DNA of 64,000 nucleotides from Picochlorum sp. SENEW3 (Eukaryota), in NCBI GenBank assembly GCA_034226945.1, contig CP120453.1, forward strand, positions 1,302,001-1,366,000, written 5' to 3'. Shown piece by piece: positions 26,732 to 40,074 of this stretch. The notes under the pieces were generated by a model. The model was not told the DNA's origin. It was given only the letters and a program-made list of their open reading frames with translations, and searched no databases. A program made the position numbers and the translations under genes. The first letter of the stretch is position 1; each line of letters starts with the position of its first letter.

Positions 26732-28760
26732 ATGAGTTGGAGGGACGTGTATACGAGTGACGTGGACGAATACCAGGAGAGTCAATCCAGGCGAACGTGC
26801 TGGAGTCCCGAGGTGCGTTGATCCCCCTCGTTTATCTATTTTGCAGAGGAGGGTGCATTAATATATCACATAAACATATATGTGTCGTATGCAATGGACT
26901 GGGCGGGTGTTTGTGGGTCGGGCGTTGGACGGGCGTTGCCAACGAGACGTGGGTGGTGGGCAGATGCTCGCGGTTGGGTTGTAGGTTGGGCGTCGCCGTT
27001 ATTGAACAGTGTGGGTGGTGTCTAAATTCAATAATTATGTTACATATGTGCTTTATACGGGGGTATCGGGTGCGGAGATGGGGCGAGTGAGCCACGGGCG
27101 ACGAGTCGGACGCATCTGGGCGCGTGGGTAACCACCTCGCCGTTGCGATTCAACCATGCTCCCGGTTCGATTCTGCGCGATTTTGAATGCTTATTGTCTG
27201 TTTATGACGAATTGCTGGGAAAGGAGCGTTGCTGTTCGGGGGCGAGGTGGGCGAGTGACGGGAGCGGGGGGGAGGTTGGGGCCCACGAGGGCGCCCGAGC
27301 CACCAACGGACCCCCGTGTGGTGGTTGGTGCTGATACCATGGGGCATGGTCGTGGACGAGGGTGATTGATGGTTGTGTTGTTTTTCTGTATGCAGGAAGA
27401 TGTCAAGTTGATTCAGTTGGTGGAGACGTATGGTCCCCAGAACTGGAGTTTGGTTGCCAAGACGTTGGGGACAGGTCGGAATGGAAAGAGTTGCAGGTTG
27501 AGATGGTTCAATCAGTTGGATCCAAGTTTGAAGAAGGAGCCATTCAGCCTTGAAGAAGAGGAAATAATTATAGCCAAGCATCATGAGCTTGGGAATAGAT
27601 GGGCAGCGATTGCAAGGTTTCTTCCAGGCAGGACTGATAATGCCATTAAGAATTTCTGGAACGGGCATTTGAAGAAGCGAGCCATGTCGCGGGCGAATGA
27701 GCTCGCGTCGAGTAAAAAACTAAGGACGCTTGCAGGATTGGCTTTGAGTGCTGATGGAGAGGGGGAGGCGGAGAAGACGGATCATGGGCCCCTTCCGCAG
27801 CCTGGGCGCAAGGCTGCTCGAAGTTTGGCGAGTTCACCAGCAAAGATGCAGGTTGTGACGAAGAATTTGCCCAGTCCAAACCACCATACTTCTCCATCAT
27901 CGCATAATCATGTTACCCGGGCAGCTACGGGATCGTTGCGACGAAAGAATATTGCAGACATGGAAGAGATTGATGCATTGGAAGAGGAGGTTGGAAGGGG
28001 TGCCAAGTATGGAGGAACAGGAAGCAACGATTCATCCCAGAATAGAGTTATAGTAGATCAATACGCTGATATGGGAAGGGTTGGACTTCAGAATCACATT
28101 GAACGTTCATTGTCTTCTGCTGGGTCCCAGACATATCACATGTGTGACCCTGCCGTCTTTGCAAGCTTTTCAACCTTGATGACATCATTGTTCCCCTCGC
28201 CAGCTGTTCATGAGACGATGAGTGAAAGTCAGAAGCAATCACTGTTGCACTTCCATGATGTCTTCAATAAGATTTTGAGCAACCCAATCAAGTTGGAGCC
28301 GGTTCAGTTTGGAAATGGATCCACCACAGCCACCCCATTGAAGGGGGCACCAGATACATCACGCACCTCACAAGCAACCATGCTTGGAGAATTGATGCTT
28401 ACAATGACAGACTTGTTCCCTGGAATGGCAGCTGCGATCCAAGGCATGAGTAAGAGATTAAGCCAAACGCATAGAGGCGGCCCTGCCCAGACCATTGGAT
28501 CTCCTAGTAAAGGATCAAGTACCCAGCTGTTACAGACATCGCTGAGCGATGTCCTAGCCGCTCGAATTGGTGGTTCTAAGCCTCGTGGACACGTGGTTCA
28601 TGTGGATGCTAGCACACCAAGCAAACGTACCAGCCTGGGAGACTCTGAAAAATCAGCAGCGATGGGGTTGAGAACCCCAGCATCTGTGCAACCAAAGCAA
28701 GCATCAAATGAAAGTGCCTTGGCATTCTTGGCAATGGCTGCAAGCATGGAAGATAATTGA
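26732..28760 (+). CDS. R2R3-MYB transcription factor
   Basis: Exon 1 26732-26812 (ends CWSPE), intron 26813-27395, then EDVKLIQLV...[16 protein letters not shown]...[24 protein letters not shown]. Confidence 0.93.
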
Positions 28761-29112
28761 CCAATCATGTGTTGTGTCCATGACTGTTGACAAACAGGGG
28801 GTATGATGCCTCATACTTCTTTTCAGAGACATGCATGGTCCTGTGATACAGTCCATACCATTGACTTTATACTTACTTTATCTACGAATAGCTCGTGTAA
28901 CTAGAGACTAGAGGACTACCATTTCATGCCGATGAACAGCATGAAATTGCTTGCTTGAGCAGATCAGATGGTCTGTAAAGCAATGCATGTTGTCAATAAA
29001 GGACCTAGCACGCCCCAACCCAAGCATGAAACTATTATTGATCATCGAATATTGCAAATTGTAAAGTAAGCGACCAACCAATACACAGACTAAAGAGAAG
29101 AGAGGGAATAGT

Positions 29113-29536
29113 ATGGGGTCCTCCGGGGGCCTTGTCGCCATGATTGTCGACGAAGACACAGCGACTGGGATGCTGTTGGCTGGTATTGGACAGACAGACA
29201 TAAAGAAGAATACAAATTTCCTCATAGTAAATGATAGTACGTGGTCATATGCCATCCTCTTCGAGAAACTGAACTCACTTTCTGATTTATTATTTTTTTG
29301 GTCTTGCAGAGACAGCAGCGAGTGATATTGAGGGGGCATTTGCAGAATTTACAACTAGAGAGGATGTATCAGTGCTTTTGGTGACGCAATCAATTGCCTC
29401 TGGGATCAGGCATTTGATTGACTCGTATAACAAGCCTGTCCCTGCTGTGCTAGAGATTCCAACAAAAGACCAGCCATATGATCCTTCTCAGGATTCCATC
29501 TTATCAAGGGTCAAGTTTATGTTTGGAGAAGGATGA
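29113..29536 (+). CDS. VHA-F: V-type proton ATPase subunit F
   Basis: MIVDEDTATGMLLAGIG, intron 29237-29309, PAVLEIPTKDQPYDPSQDSILSRVK. Confidence 0.93.
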
Positions 29537-29563
29537 TGATGTGTACATTGTTGTGACAGGGCA

Positions 29564-31563
29564 TTATGGCTGTGGTGGGGTGATTCTCTTGCACTCTCGT
29601 TTGTCAACGATAAACCCTCTGCACGTAACATAATGGATATCTTTTTGTCATTGTTTTGTTCTGCAAATTAGTTTGCCGTATCCAATCGAGTATCTATTAT
29701 ACACATACCGTATAGCGAGTTCCTCTGGAACTGTGTTTCGTGTTGTCTTGTTGAGAGCCACCCAGTCCCAACCATGGTTATTCACGACTTCTCCTGTAAC
29801 CTCGATGCTGTCTGATCCTTGTATCTCAAGCCTTCCTTTTTGAAGATCAAGTCCTGTTATCGTGGCATGTGGTGCGCTGATATACATGGATGTATCGCGG
29901 CCGATGTGAACACCCTCTCCGCGGATGTTGTCCTGCACGTCTTGAATAGTCAAGGCAAACAGGGGACTCCATGATATTCTAGGCCATAGAGTCAGATTAT
30001 CAATATCATTGTACGACACATTTTTTTCTGGCGTGTCAACTGTGCAGCCTATCATGCTCAAAATTTCACAGTTGGTCTTATATCGATCCAGTTCTCCACT
30101 GGTGGCACTGTGTGGTGGATTTCCTCCTTTCGCTTTGGCAGCAGCGTCCTCTGCGTTGTTCTTCACAGGCGAATATGCAGCGTACACTTGGTTGATGGTT
30201 GTAAACCCAACAGTGGCAGAGCTGGGAAGAGACTTGGGAAAGTCTTGCATCATACACTCCAAGCGAGTACTTTTCTTGAACACTGTCCGGCTCTCATCCG
30301 CATATTTTGGGTTCACAAACTCTGCAATCACACCCTTATGTCGCTCTAATTCGTCACAATACGTATCAAGCTTGAGCACGAGCTGATTGATGTTTCCTGG
30401 AAAGGGTGAGAATCCTGTTTTGGGGTCATTCACGTCACCCTCCGGGTTGACAGTATCTCTCAAGAGTGGATCCAATTGATTATACTCTACATTAATAGTC
30501 ATGGTGCTACCGTCCTGTCCTTTGAGCCGAGTAATGGCGCCAATAGCCTCTTTCGCTTTGCGAGGGACAGCCAAAGAATTTACATCAAATCCCTTGTCTG
30601 CAGACACGCCAATGGCGCTTATCAACCCATTAAATGCCTGCCCATTAGTATCTTGGAAGAAACACAGCCATTTAAATCCATCCTGTTGCCACTTTTTGGC
30701 AATCCCAAGGCTGTGTAATAACATGTGAACATCACCATGTCCATGTGGTTTTGTTTGGATTGTACAATCATCTTCCATGGCAATCCTCGCATTCCCATCA
30801 GAAAGGCACGCTACTTTTTCCTGCTTCATCAAAATCACCTGATCTTTGTCCATGCCAAAATACTCCTCTTCTTCCAGGAGTGCCACAGTACGGTCATGTG
30901 TATCCCCTGATGTCATGATGGCCAGTGGCAATTTTCTACCAGGATTCTTCTTCTGAGCTTTCACTTGAAGTGCAAGGATGGATTCGATGTAGAGTTGTAA
31001 GAAGCACATGTTGGAGGAGAGATCAACAGGGAGAGCAACCTTGACACCAGAGTAGCCCAGCCGCTCCCCCAGTCCTCCAGCGACGAGGATAAATGCGCAT
31101 TCTCCTGCCTCCTCAACTCCCTTATTTTCATAATCACGATACTCTTGGCTTCCAAAATCCAGTGACATCCCTGTCGGCACTTCGGGAGTGTATCCCTCTA
31201 AAGGATTGGTCCCCTTTCTACTCTGTTCCAAGAGCACCTTTGCATTCTCGATATACTTGGCTAATCCCCCAGAATAATTCGCATCTAAATGACGTATCTG
31301 TTCCATCAACTTTTTCTTCTTGGCCTGATCTTGATCTGGCGCCGTCCATGAGGCAAACAAGTGCTCCTGCTCGAGATCAATGAGCTTCTGAATGAGCCCA
31401 ATGTCCTGCAATACGGCATAGGAGACGCATTAAATTCATATAATATACCACATGTAATATATATCAAGCATCACATATACCATCACATCATAGATCAGAG
31501 CAACATGTGTACAACAAGACCAACCTCTTGACTCAACCACGTTTCCTCTTCAATCTTCATCAT
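29564..31563 (-). CDS. USP: UDP-sugar pyrophosphorylase
   Basis: LVAGGLGERLGYSGVK, TKPHGHGDVH, NVEYNQLDPLLR, FPGNINQL, TRLECMMQD; short first and last exons reconstructed by hand. Confidence 0.94.
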
Positions 31564-31868
31564 GCGCCCACTATCCAATGACTTGAATATATAATCAGAA
31601 TATAATGTGGGATTTTTAGGCATTCGTTGGCATATTTGAAGCCCAAACAGAAAAGCTGTAACGTTGCACCGACAAAGGGGGGCATGGATATACGGTCCAA
31701 GAGGCTGTTTGATGGGAATCGTGAAACAGACAGTCTAATCCCTTCATGATCAGGATAAGACGACACCCACCAAACAGGTTTCGATGCAGCTGATCCGTCC
31801 GCATTGTATCAATAATAACAATAGTAGTATCACATATTTTACATTCGTAGATCACGATGCAGTCAACC

Positions 31869-33248
31869 ATGGTATCTCAGACACGCACTGTGTTGGTGCA
31901 AAACAGCACTCGTGTATCTTGCAAGGCTGCAATTGCTGCTCCAGTTGCCCGGTATGTTGTTTTATTCGTTATTTAAAAGATCCTATTGGATGCTTGAGAG
32001 CATCGGAGATGTTGCACCGATTGGTCAGATTTGGATGCGCGTGTTCACCCACATCATGATGACGATGCCTGATACATTCGAGATTGTTCCTGATGATTCA
32101 TACTCGTCTGATGTAGTGTATTTAATGGTAAAGCAACACGCGCGAGCAAGAAGGCTGCTGCTGGTGCTACTCGTCGTGGAGCTGGGCGCCAGTTGGCCAC
32201 CAGAGTGTCAGCCATGGCTGGATCTGACTACGAGATGCAGACGTTGACGAGCTGGTTGCTCAAGAAAGAAGCTGATGGAATTATTGATAATGAGTTGGCA
32301 ACCGTCATCTCTTCCATCGGAACAGCATGCAAGCAAATTGGATCCCTTGTCAACCGTGCTGGTATTTCCAACTTGACAGGACTTGCTGGAGAACAGAACG
32401 TGCAGGGTGAGGATCAGAAGAAGCTCGATGTTATTTCCAACGAAGTCTTCTCCAACTGCCTTCGTACCTCTGGTCGTACCGGAGTGATTGCCTCTGAGGA
32501 GGAAGACCAGCCAGTTGCTGTGGAGGAAACCTTCTCTGGGGACTATGTTGTTGTCTTTGATCCTCTGGATGGATCCTCCAACATCGACGCCGGAATCTCT
32601 GTCGGTTCTATTTTCGGAGTCTATGCTCCAAGCGAAGAGTGCCGCATTGATGATATGGATGACCCTGAGGCCATGATGAAAAAGTGCGTGCTCAATGTGT
32701 GCAAAGCAGGAAATGAGCTCCTTGTGGCAGGATATGTCTTGTACTCTTCTTCTACCGTCCTCGTGTTGACCATCGGAGATGGAGTGTGGGGATTCACCCT
32801 CGATCCATTGGTTGGAGAGTATGTCCTCTCTCATCCAAATATCAAGATTCCAGAGGAAGGTAAGATTTATGCTTTCAACGAAGGAAACTACCAGGGATGG
32901 ACCCCAGAACTCAAGGCATACATTGATTCCCTCAAGGATGCCGAGAAGTGGGGAGGAAAGCCATACTCTGCCCGTTATATCGGATCTTTGGTAGGTGACT
33001 TCCATCGCACACTCTTGTATGGAGGAATCTATGGATACCCAGGTGACACCAAGAATGTCAATGGAAAGCTCAGACTCTTGTATGAGTGCGCCCCAATGAG
33101 TATGTTGGCAGAGCAGGCTGGAGGAAAGGGTTCTACTGGATACGAGAGGGTCTTGGATATTGTCCCAGATCAGGTGCACCAGCGTGTGCCACTCTTCTGC
33201 GGATCCAAGAAGGAGGTTGAGTACCTGGAGAGCATGTTGCAGAAGTAA
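31869..33248 (+). CDS. cFBP1: Chloroplast fructose-1,6-bisphosphatase
   Basis: Transit peptide exon, GEDQKKLDV, FDPLDGSSN, redox loop EECRIDD..KCVLNVC, KLRLLYEC. Confidence 0.97.
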
Positions 33249-33428
33249 TCATTTTGCTGATACCATGTGTCGACTCGTAGTAGCGTAGCTGTAAATTTAT
33301 TGTTTTAATGATGAATCTATGGGTGTAATTATGGATAAAATGCCCACCATGGTTTGATCTGAACTCGCAACTGGTCGAGAGTTGCATGGCAGACATGCTC
33401 CCGTGGTTTGGTTTCGTCTACAGGTAGT

Positions 33429-35845
33429 ATGAGTGAGAAAGGGCCCATTAAAAATAAAATAGATGATGTTATAGAGCTTTTGAAGGCGAAAAATGATACG
33501 GCACGGTAGGGTATCACGCGCTGTTTGCTTTTTCTCTTCTCAGAGATGTTTTGAGTTTGATATATTAAGGGTTTCTGCGATTCTTGTGGCAATGCAGGTT
33601 TGCTGGATTGTTATTAGTGACAAAAACACTGCGTCCAGATGATGATGATGCCCGATGGATGGTGTTAGATGCGGTGGGTCCAGAGTTTCTGCTTCGTCTG
33701 CTGTTGCCTTTGAAGCATGCACGGGTGCATCCAAAGCCCCTCCGCGAGGATGAAGTTGAGCATCAGATTGCATTGGCGTGTCTTGGGTTGTCTGTAGTAT
33801 CGAATTTGTGTCTCTGTGATCGCGTAGCTCGTTGTGAAGTATTGAAACAGCCAGTGTCAAGGATTGCTCTGGATATTCTAAAGGATGGTGGCATTCGACC
33901 TTTGGTTGCGCACTATGTGCAACAAGAGGCAGTCAATGTACCACAAAATATCAATTATAAGGCATTGAAGGACGCATGTGACTGCCTAACAGCATTCATT
34001 CAGCAGCATTCTGATGTTATGGATGGCATGCAACGGAACCATGTGTTTGCCATCCTGTCAAAGGAATTATCAAAAGAATATGGCACAGTGACATCCCAGA
34101 ATACTGAGATGGAGAAGGAATATGTACAATCGTTATTCAAGTGTGCACATGCGTGCATGCTCCGGGGTAATTGTGAGACGATGGCAGACGAGGTCCGTGC
34201 AACCCTGTTGCCAACTCTGGCAAGATATTTTGGATCGGTGCGTCTCGTGCGAGCTGATGGTGGCTCTCCAGAAACACATAACGAGACATTTTTGAATAAA
34301 GAAGACAACATAGAATATCAATTGGCTGCCTTGCACTGTTTGTCTCTGGCATTTGGTCGGTTTGAGGCTGGTTGGACCCAAGCGAGGGAGAGTTCAGAGG
34401 CTCCGGCGTGGCCCAGTGACATGCTGAGTGGATTAGAGTTTTTATTGTCTAGCTCAACCCCAGTGAATGAAAAGTATGAGTCGTACGCCGTCCTCACCGC
34501 GATGATTGACGAACTTGGAGTTGCATGGCTTGTACAAGAGCTGGACTTTTTTGAATTGGTATCACTGTTGGTTCGTATTGAAATTGAGTTACTTGTCATA
34601 GATGCTATGTCTTCTCAGTCTCGAGTGAAGATGAGATCAAATTTGGAAATTTTCGGCCCCAGATCCACAGAGATTGTGAGCGATCAAGGAGTTGCTGGTG
34701 AGCTTGAAGGTCACAAGGATCAGTCTATTCAAGGTCTTGATGAGCACATCAAAGCCTTGAATTTGAAAGAGCGAAAAGAACCAGATGCTATGAAGGATAT
34801 TGAAGTATCATCCGGTGAACGTGCAACTCAGTACTTACCGGTCTGTCTGTCAGTCTTTGGGCAACTTGTGGATGCCCTCTGCTATGCTGCAGAGAGAGAT
34901 CCCTATGAGAGCAAGGCCGTGAAGATTCTACATACTGTGGCTGCATCCGCGGATCTATTGTTACAATTCTTAGAAGATGTGTCGTCTCATGAAAATATGG
35001 ATGAAGCTCAGCAAATGTTGTTCACACTGTGCTTGGGAGCACTTGGGAAATTCTTGACACAGAACCCCCTTCAATTTGCAGACAGGTGCATCACTATACT
35101 TCCGAATATGCTGAAAAATGGCCCGGATGTCTGCAATACGTTGGGACTGCTCATGCCATTTATCCTTGGAGTGGTCATTCCCAACTATGTGACATCAGAC
35201 TGCAATGACGCAAATCTCAAGTTGCAATTGAGCAAGCAGTTGCTTGATCCAAATGTTCTGCCTTGCGTCATGGAACTTTTATCAGAGCATATTGGTAGAC
35301 TGAACGACTCAATTTACAATTCATCAGAGTATAGTGAGCATGAGCACCCCGTGACAATGCTCCTGTATTTGTGCCTAGAGGCACTAGCAACAGTCAATTG
35401 CAAGACAATACATGTGTCGCCCATATGTGATGTTCTGACGTCAGATGATATACGAGGCATTATGGAAAGACTCGATGACAATATACACAGAGATGGCATC
35501 GCTTCACACATGGACTTTCTGGCCGCCAGCATTGGCTTGTTGGCCAGGGTGCAGTTGGCTTCCATTGATGCAAATCAGGCCAGCTACAATGACAACGTAG
35601 CAGCTCTTCTCAAGTCTTGGATCCAGCAATATATGCCTTCTATCGTGCAGCATATTCTTGATTTAAACGATATAGCGCCACAGGGAGAGGAAGACGATAT
35701 CACGCGCTCGCTCTCAGAGATTGAGGATTCCATGTTCTCTTCTCTGGCCCAACTGTGTTCACAAGATTGTCCTAAAAGTCCTCGAGACATACCAATAGAG
35801 CCTTGGTGCATGCTTTTATCCGAACTTGTTCAAATGTTTTCTTAA
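33429..35845 (+). CDS. Neurochondrin-family ARM-like protein
   Basis: Exon 1 ..IDDVIELLKAKNDTAR joined to FAGLLLVTK, DAVGPEFLLRLL, LVSLLVRIEIELL. Confidence 0.75.
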
Positions 35846-35851
35846 ATATAC

Positions 35852-36110
35852 ATGAAATATTTATGTCGGACAGCAGATCGTGTGTGTCTGCTGCAGTATA
35901 CGAAAGGTGATTATCCTTGTACTACTCCAAGAACGGTTTGCCAAAAGGATCGCCCTTTTGCTGGGAAAAATGTTCGTCCATGCACACAAGAGACAGATTG
36001 CTCAATCAATTGCTGGAGTGATGAACGTGCTATTGATGATGGAAACAAACCTACATGCTACGATTGTCGATGTCAGACAAAAGATGGCCACTGATGTCTG
36101 TGGAGCGGAT
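35852..36110 (+). pseudogene. Truncated, frameshifted paralog of the adjacent Cys-rich repeat gene
   Basis: Shares TVCQKDRxFAGKNVRPCT and IDDGNK with 36420-37004; no signal peptide; frame broken after DGH. Confidence 0.7.
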
Positions 36111-36419
36111 TCGATCAGCTGATCATCAGCCAATATTGATGATTTGATGGGCAAAGTTGCCAGTGTTATGGATGGCACGTGTCATAAAATGGCTTGGGAT
36201 GAATGTCTCCAGATGACATAAGCGCTCCCATACGCTCTGCTCCACCATTTCAAGCTCCTGCACGACTGCACTCGATCCAGTCCCTCCATTGAGCGGGAAC
36301 TCCCAGGCTGGTGCTGCAACCCACATTACTTAACCCTATGCTCCGTGTTAGAGAACAACTTGAAAAGAAAAAATCTTTCTACCGGACGGTATCATATACA
36401 AATTTGATTCATCAGAAAA

Positions 36420-37004
36420 ATGAATATCATTCGCCGATGCGCTACACTATTCGTAGTTTTATGCGCATTTTCTGGACCTGTCCGCGGTACCTGGGAACCC
36501 TGCACGCAAAACAGCGATTGTACAGCGGAAACATGCTGGGATGATGTAAACGCCGTTGATGATGGGAACAAAGCCTCAGACTACCGCTATTTTTGTCGAG
36601 GGGCAGATGGTGTCTGTGTGTACTTCTACACAGATAATCCTGCAACACCAACGGTTTGCCAAAAGGATCGTTCTTTTGCTGGAAAAAATGTTCGTCCATG
36701 CACGGAGAACGTAGATTGTACTCCGGAAACATGCTGGAATGATGTAAACGTTATTGATGATAACAACGACGCTAGAAAAGACTATAGTTATTACTGTCGA
36801 TTCGAAGATGGCGTCTGTGAATTTCGGTATATTGGGGCTTGGTATAAACCAGTAGGTTCACGAACGGTTTGCCAAAAATACAGATCTTCTTCTTTTGAAG
36901 GGGATGCGGTGGTATCCGGTCCATCAGGCGCTGTAAACAGCGCTGGTAAATTGAGTGAAGTAGGCGGGGTTGCGATGCTCCTTGTAATGCTCCTTGTATT
37001 CTGA
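36420..37004 (+). CDS. Secreted Cys-rich tandem-repeat protein with hydrophobic C-terminal (GPI-like) tail
   Basis: Signal peptide; two repeats PCTxNxDCTxETCWxDVNxxDD..YxCRxxDGVC..TVCQK; hydrophobic tail. Confidence 0.8.
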   Translation: MNIIRRCATLFVVLCAFSGPVRGTWEPCTQNSDCTAETCWDDVNAVDDGNKASDYRYFCRGADGVCVYFYTDNPATPTVCQKDRSFAGKNVRPCTENVDCTPETCWNDVNVIDDNNDARKDYSYYCRFEDGVCEFRYIGAWYKPVGSRTVCQKYRSSSFEGDAVVSGPSGAVNSAGKLSEVGGVAMLLVMLLVF

Positions 37005-37083
37005 ATTCGTTTGAATGCGATTTACCCGGCGAAATTTAAATATTTTCCTGTGGATTTACCTAATGAATTATGAACACAGTATA

Positions 37084-37902
37084 TCACGTTTTTTTACCAA
37101 CAGCAATTTTCCGCCCAAGCAAGAGCAATGCAGATTCAATTTCAAGTTTAGGAAAACTGAATTGACCACAAATCAGCGTCCGTCCCCCTTTTAAATTCAT
37201 GACTATAACCCCTTCTCGTTGCTCTTCCTCATTCTGCTGGACATTATTCACATCAGCCACGGGGATCACAACAGGTTTCCCATTCGACCTATTATCAAAT
37301 TCAAAAATCACATAATTTGATGCAATATGAAGTTGCCCACTGAACCCAATCGTCTTTGGTGGTGTGAAAGAATTATTTGAAGCAACATATTGTTGAATCA
37401 ACTTGCAGCGAAATGATTCTAAAATTTTTTCATCCTCATCCTCAATTCCAAACCGTTCCTTCATATCCTGTGACGAAGCAGCAGCAGACACAGCCTGCCG
37501 AGATTTCGATGCATCTACCGAGTCATCCATTGATCCCCATAACGACCCAAAAAATCCTTTCACTTCATTTGACGCCCGTAATAACTTCTCCTGAGCAGCA
37601 GCAGCAGCTTCTCGAGTGACAGCTGCTGCCACAGCCGCTGCCTCTTCAAACTCTCTTCCAAATGCCTGCTGATCATCCACCTTCGTCTTCTCTACGGGTG
37701 GGTCAGTGCTGTTGGAGAGATCATTCCGGTCTTCATCAGGCTGTATTTCACCCTCACCCTCGTCCTTCGTATCCGCTGCTGCTTCCAAAGGAGGCTCCTG
37801 TTCCTCCTCTACGTTTTCTCGAGTATCCTTATCTTGTGGCTCGTCATCCTCCAAGTGCACATCCTGAAACGAATTTTGAACATCCATTTTTTCTTCCGAC
37901 AT
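37084..37902 (-). CDS. GRAM-domain protein with acidic N-terminus
   Basis: EKILESFRCKL, FSGQLHIASNYVIF, VVIPVADVNNV. Confidence 0.7.
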   Translation of the reverse strand: MSEEKMDVQNSFQDVHLEDDEPQDKDTRENVEEEQEPPLEAAADTKDEGEGEIQPDEDRNDLSNSTDPPVEKTKVDDQQAFGREFEEAAAVAAAVTREAAAAAQEKLLRASNEVKGFFGSLWGSMDDSVDASKSRQAVSAAASSQDMKERFGIEDEDEKILESFRCKLIQQYVASNNSFTPPKTIGFSGQLHIASNYVIFEFDNRSNGKPVVIPVADVNNVQQNEEEQREGVIVMNLKGGRTLICGQFSFPKLEIESALLLLGRKIAVGKKT

Positions 37903-38271
37903 CCCTAGGCTATTGATTCCACCCTCCAGAGTACAGTAGTATTAAAAACAAACTGACACAGGGTTCTTTCTTGCTTTCACAATGTTTACGCCAATATCAC
38001 CGTTTCATAGCCAAATACATGGGAAATACGATTGGTTTTTATTCATGTTGAGTCAAGTCGTAGGAAATGCAAGGCTCTTTTGCAAATCTCGTCAATAGAG
38101 GTGTACATCAGCATTTCCTATCGACGGGCACATTTGACCGAAGCCACAACAACTCCTTAATTGACCCACACATTCAAGCTGATGTGCGTCCTTTTGCCAG
38201 ACTCGAGTCCTTTCTATTGAGATTAAAAAATATTTCAAGGTTGTTAAACGCACAAGGCCTCGCTATATCTA

Positions 38272-38675
38272 ATGGAGGGACAGAGTTCAATTTTGAAATT
38301 TTTTAAACCTGTCCTTGCTGCACAACCAACCGAGAGACAAGAAGACCCTGTCCCAGACAGCAACACAAGACCGTCTCCATCTATTGAAAAAGATGAGGAG
38401 GGTGCGCAGAGCAGTCCATGCACATCAGCAGGTGTGGAGACTCGAGATGGGGAAAGCACCAGGTGTTCCTCCCCAGAGGGCGTGTGATTTCGAGAAGGAG
38501 CGGATGAGGCGCATTGAGAGGAATAGAGAGATTATGAAACAATTAGGGCTGGGTCATGGAGGTGGTGCGATGCCGAATATGGCACAGGCAATGGGGACCA
38601 AGAGGAAGAAGAAGACGCAGAGGTCTGTTGTCACAGATTGGAACAACAGGGAGAACACGGCGATGCCGTTGCGAA
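38272..38675 (+). pseudogene. 5' remnant of a gene (probably the WD40 gene at 41750), frameshifted and cut at ~38675
   Basis: MEGQSSILKFFK.. ends EGV-TGA while DFEKERMRRIERNREIMKQLGL continues in another frame; sequence then switches abruptly to an HI0933 exon. Confidence 0.6.
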
Positions 38676-38687
38676 TACCCTCTGCAG

Positions 38688-38909
38688 GTCACCGGTGATG
38701 AGGGATATCCAAAGGCAGAGGTTACTGGTGGTGGTGTGCCACTCTCAGAACTGGATTGTACGACAATGGAGTCCACAATCATGCCGAATTTATTCATCTG
38801 TGGAGAATTATGTGACATTCACGGTAGAATTGGTGGATTCAATTTCCTATTTGCATGGTGTAGCGGGAGGCTTGCAGGAATACAAGCTGCCTTGTCTTTA
38901 CAAAAATAA
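38688..38909 (+). pseudogene. Orphan last exon of an HI0933/BaiN-family flavoprotein
   Basis: Acceptor ctctgcag then KAEVTGGGV..TMES..LFICGELCDIHGRIGGFNFLFAWCSGRLAG; no upstream GxGxxG FAD-binding exons. Confidence 0.8.
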
Positions 38910-38923
38910 CTCCATGTATCTAT

Positions 38924-39702
38924 CTAATGATGTGAAAGACCAATACAATTGTTCGCACTTTCTACTTTTAAAAGACCTGATTTAATCTTCTTTTTCGATG
39001 CCGCCTTTTTGACCAACAATGCTTGTTTCAATTCTTCGCCCGGGGAAAAGACACACATGTGCTGCAAGGGGAACACATGCACCTGGTCACAGAGACGCGA
39101 CACGAGATCCTGATCATCGGCAAATACGATGTTTTTGGTATCCCGATGTGTACCCCAGTATAAATGATTCATCGATAGATCCGAAGATGCCCCTCCTCTG
39201 ATTATGATCAACTTATCAGACACCCTGTCATGAATCAATGCAAAGTAATCACCCGTCACGTTTTGAATAATTGTTTCCGTATCCAACATGAAACCAGAAG
39301 CATGCTGTGTATCACAGGCGTCCTTGTACTCTTCCAAAAGATAATCCGCATTATCCATGCCACTATAATTACTCTCAACATTCCCATACAAAAGCACCAT
39401 GAGGTGCTCATCTTCTTTAATGCTAATCTTCATGCTCAACGCATATGAAACACCTAAGAAGCCCGCAAATCCCATACTAGTATGTTCTTCAATAAATCCT
39501 CTCTGTCTCCGAGGAAGATGCTCGTAGAGAGCATCGAAAACCGAGTTCATCTGTTCCTCCTGCATCCCCAATATCCACTTCTAAACCCCATCCTACCGTA
39601 CAACACACGCAAGCACATGTCACATACCTCCTCCGGGGTAGGAGAACACTCTACACCCCGAGCATTCGGCAGCAATGCACGTGTTGCAAGTAGCGCAAGC
39701 AT
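38924..39702 (-). CDS. TSJT1/Wali7-like (DUF3700, Ntn-fold) protein
   Basis: Exon 1 MLALLA..SPTPEE with GTATGT donor, then GDYFALIHD, LYWG, IVFADD, FP, LLKVESAN. Confidence 0.7.
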
Positions 39703-40074
39703 TCTCGTGACACTACCCTCGTTCACGTTCCGAGACGAGACTCTGCACGGGTGCCGTATACACGGACACAAATAGCTTTTGGGTGACCCCGCAAATTCAG
39801 AATAATAACAGTATATGTAGCATTAACAATGAGTTCGATGCCCGCATGTGAGCGCATGAATACACATGACGTCTCTGACTTGAGTACCGTCGTCCAATGC
39901 AGGCTGACATGGCAGCTTGGGATGCCCTCTGTTCGATGACCGGTCCTTGGATTCAGCCGACCGGAGATATGACATCGCTCTCCTGACCACAAGTCATCTG
40001 TGGTATTCGACCAATGGAGTCGGATGATGCCACCGAGAGACCACATTTATCCAATCACAGTCGTTTTGATTGCC

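Noticed and set aside
32208..33179. 323-aa antisense ORF
   Set aside because: Shadow of the codon-biased FBPase gene; no protein-like features
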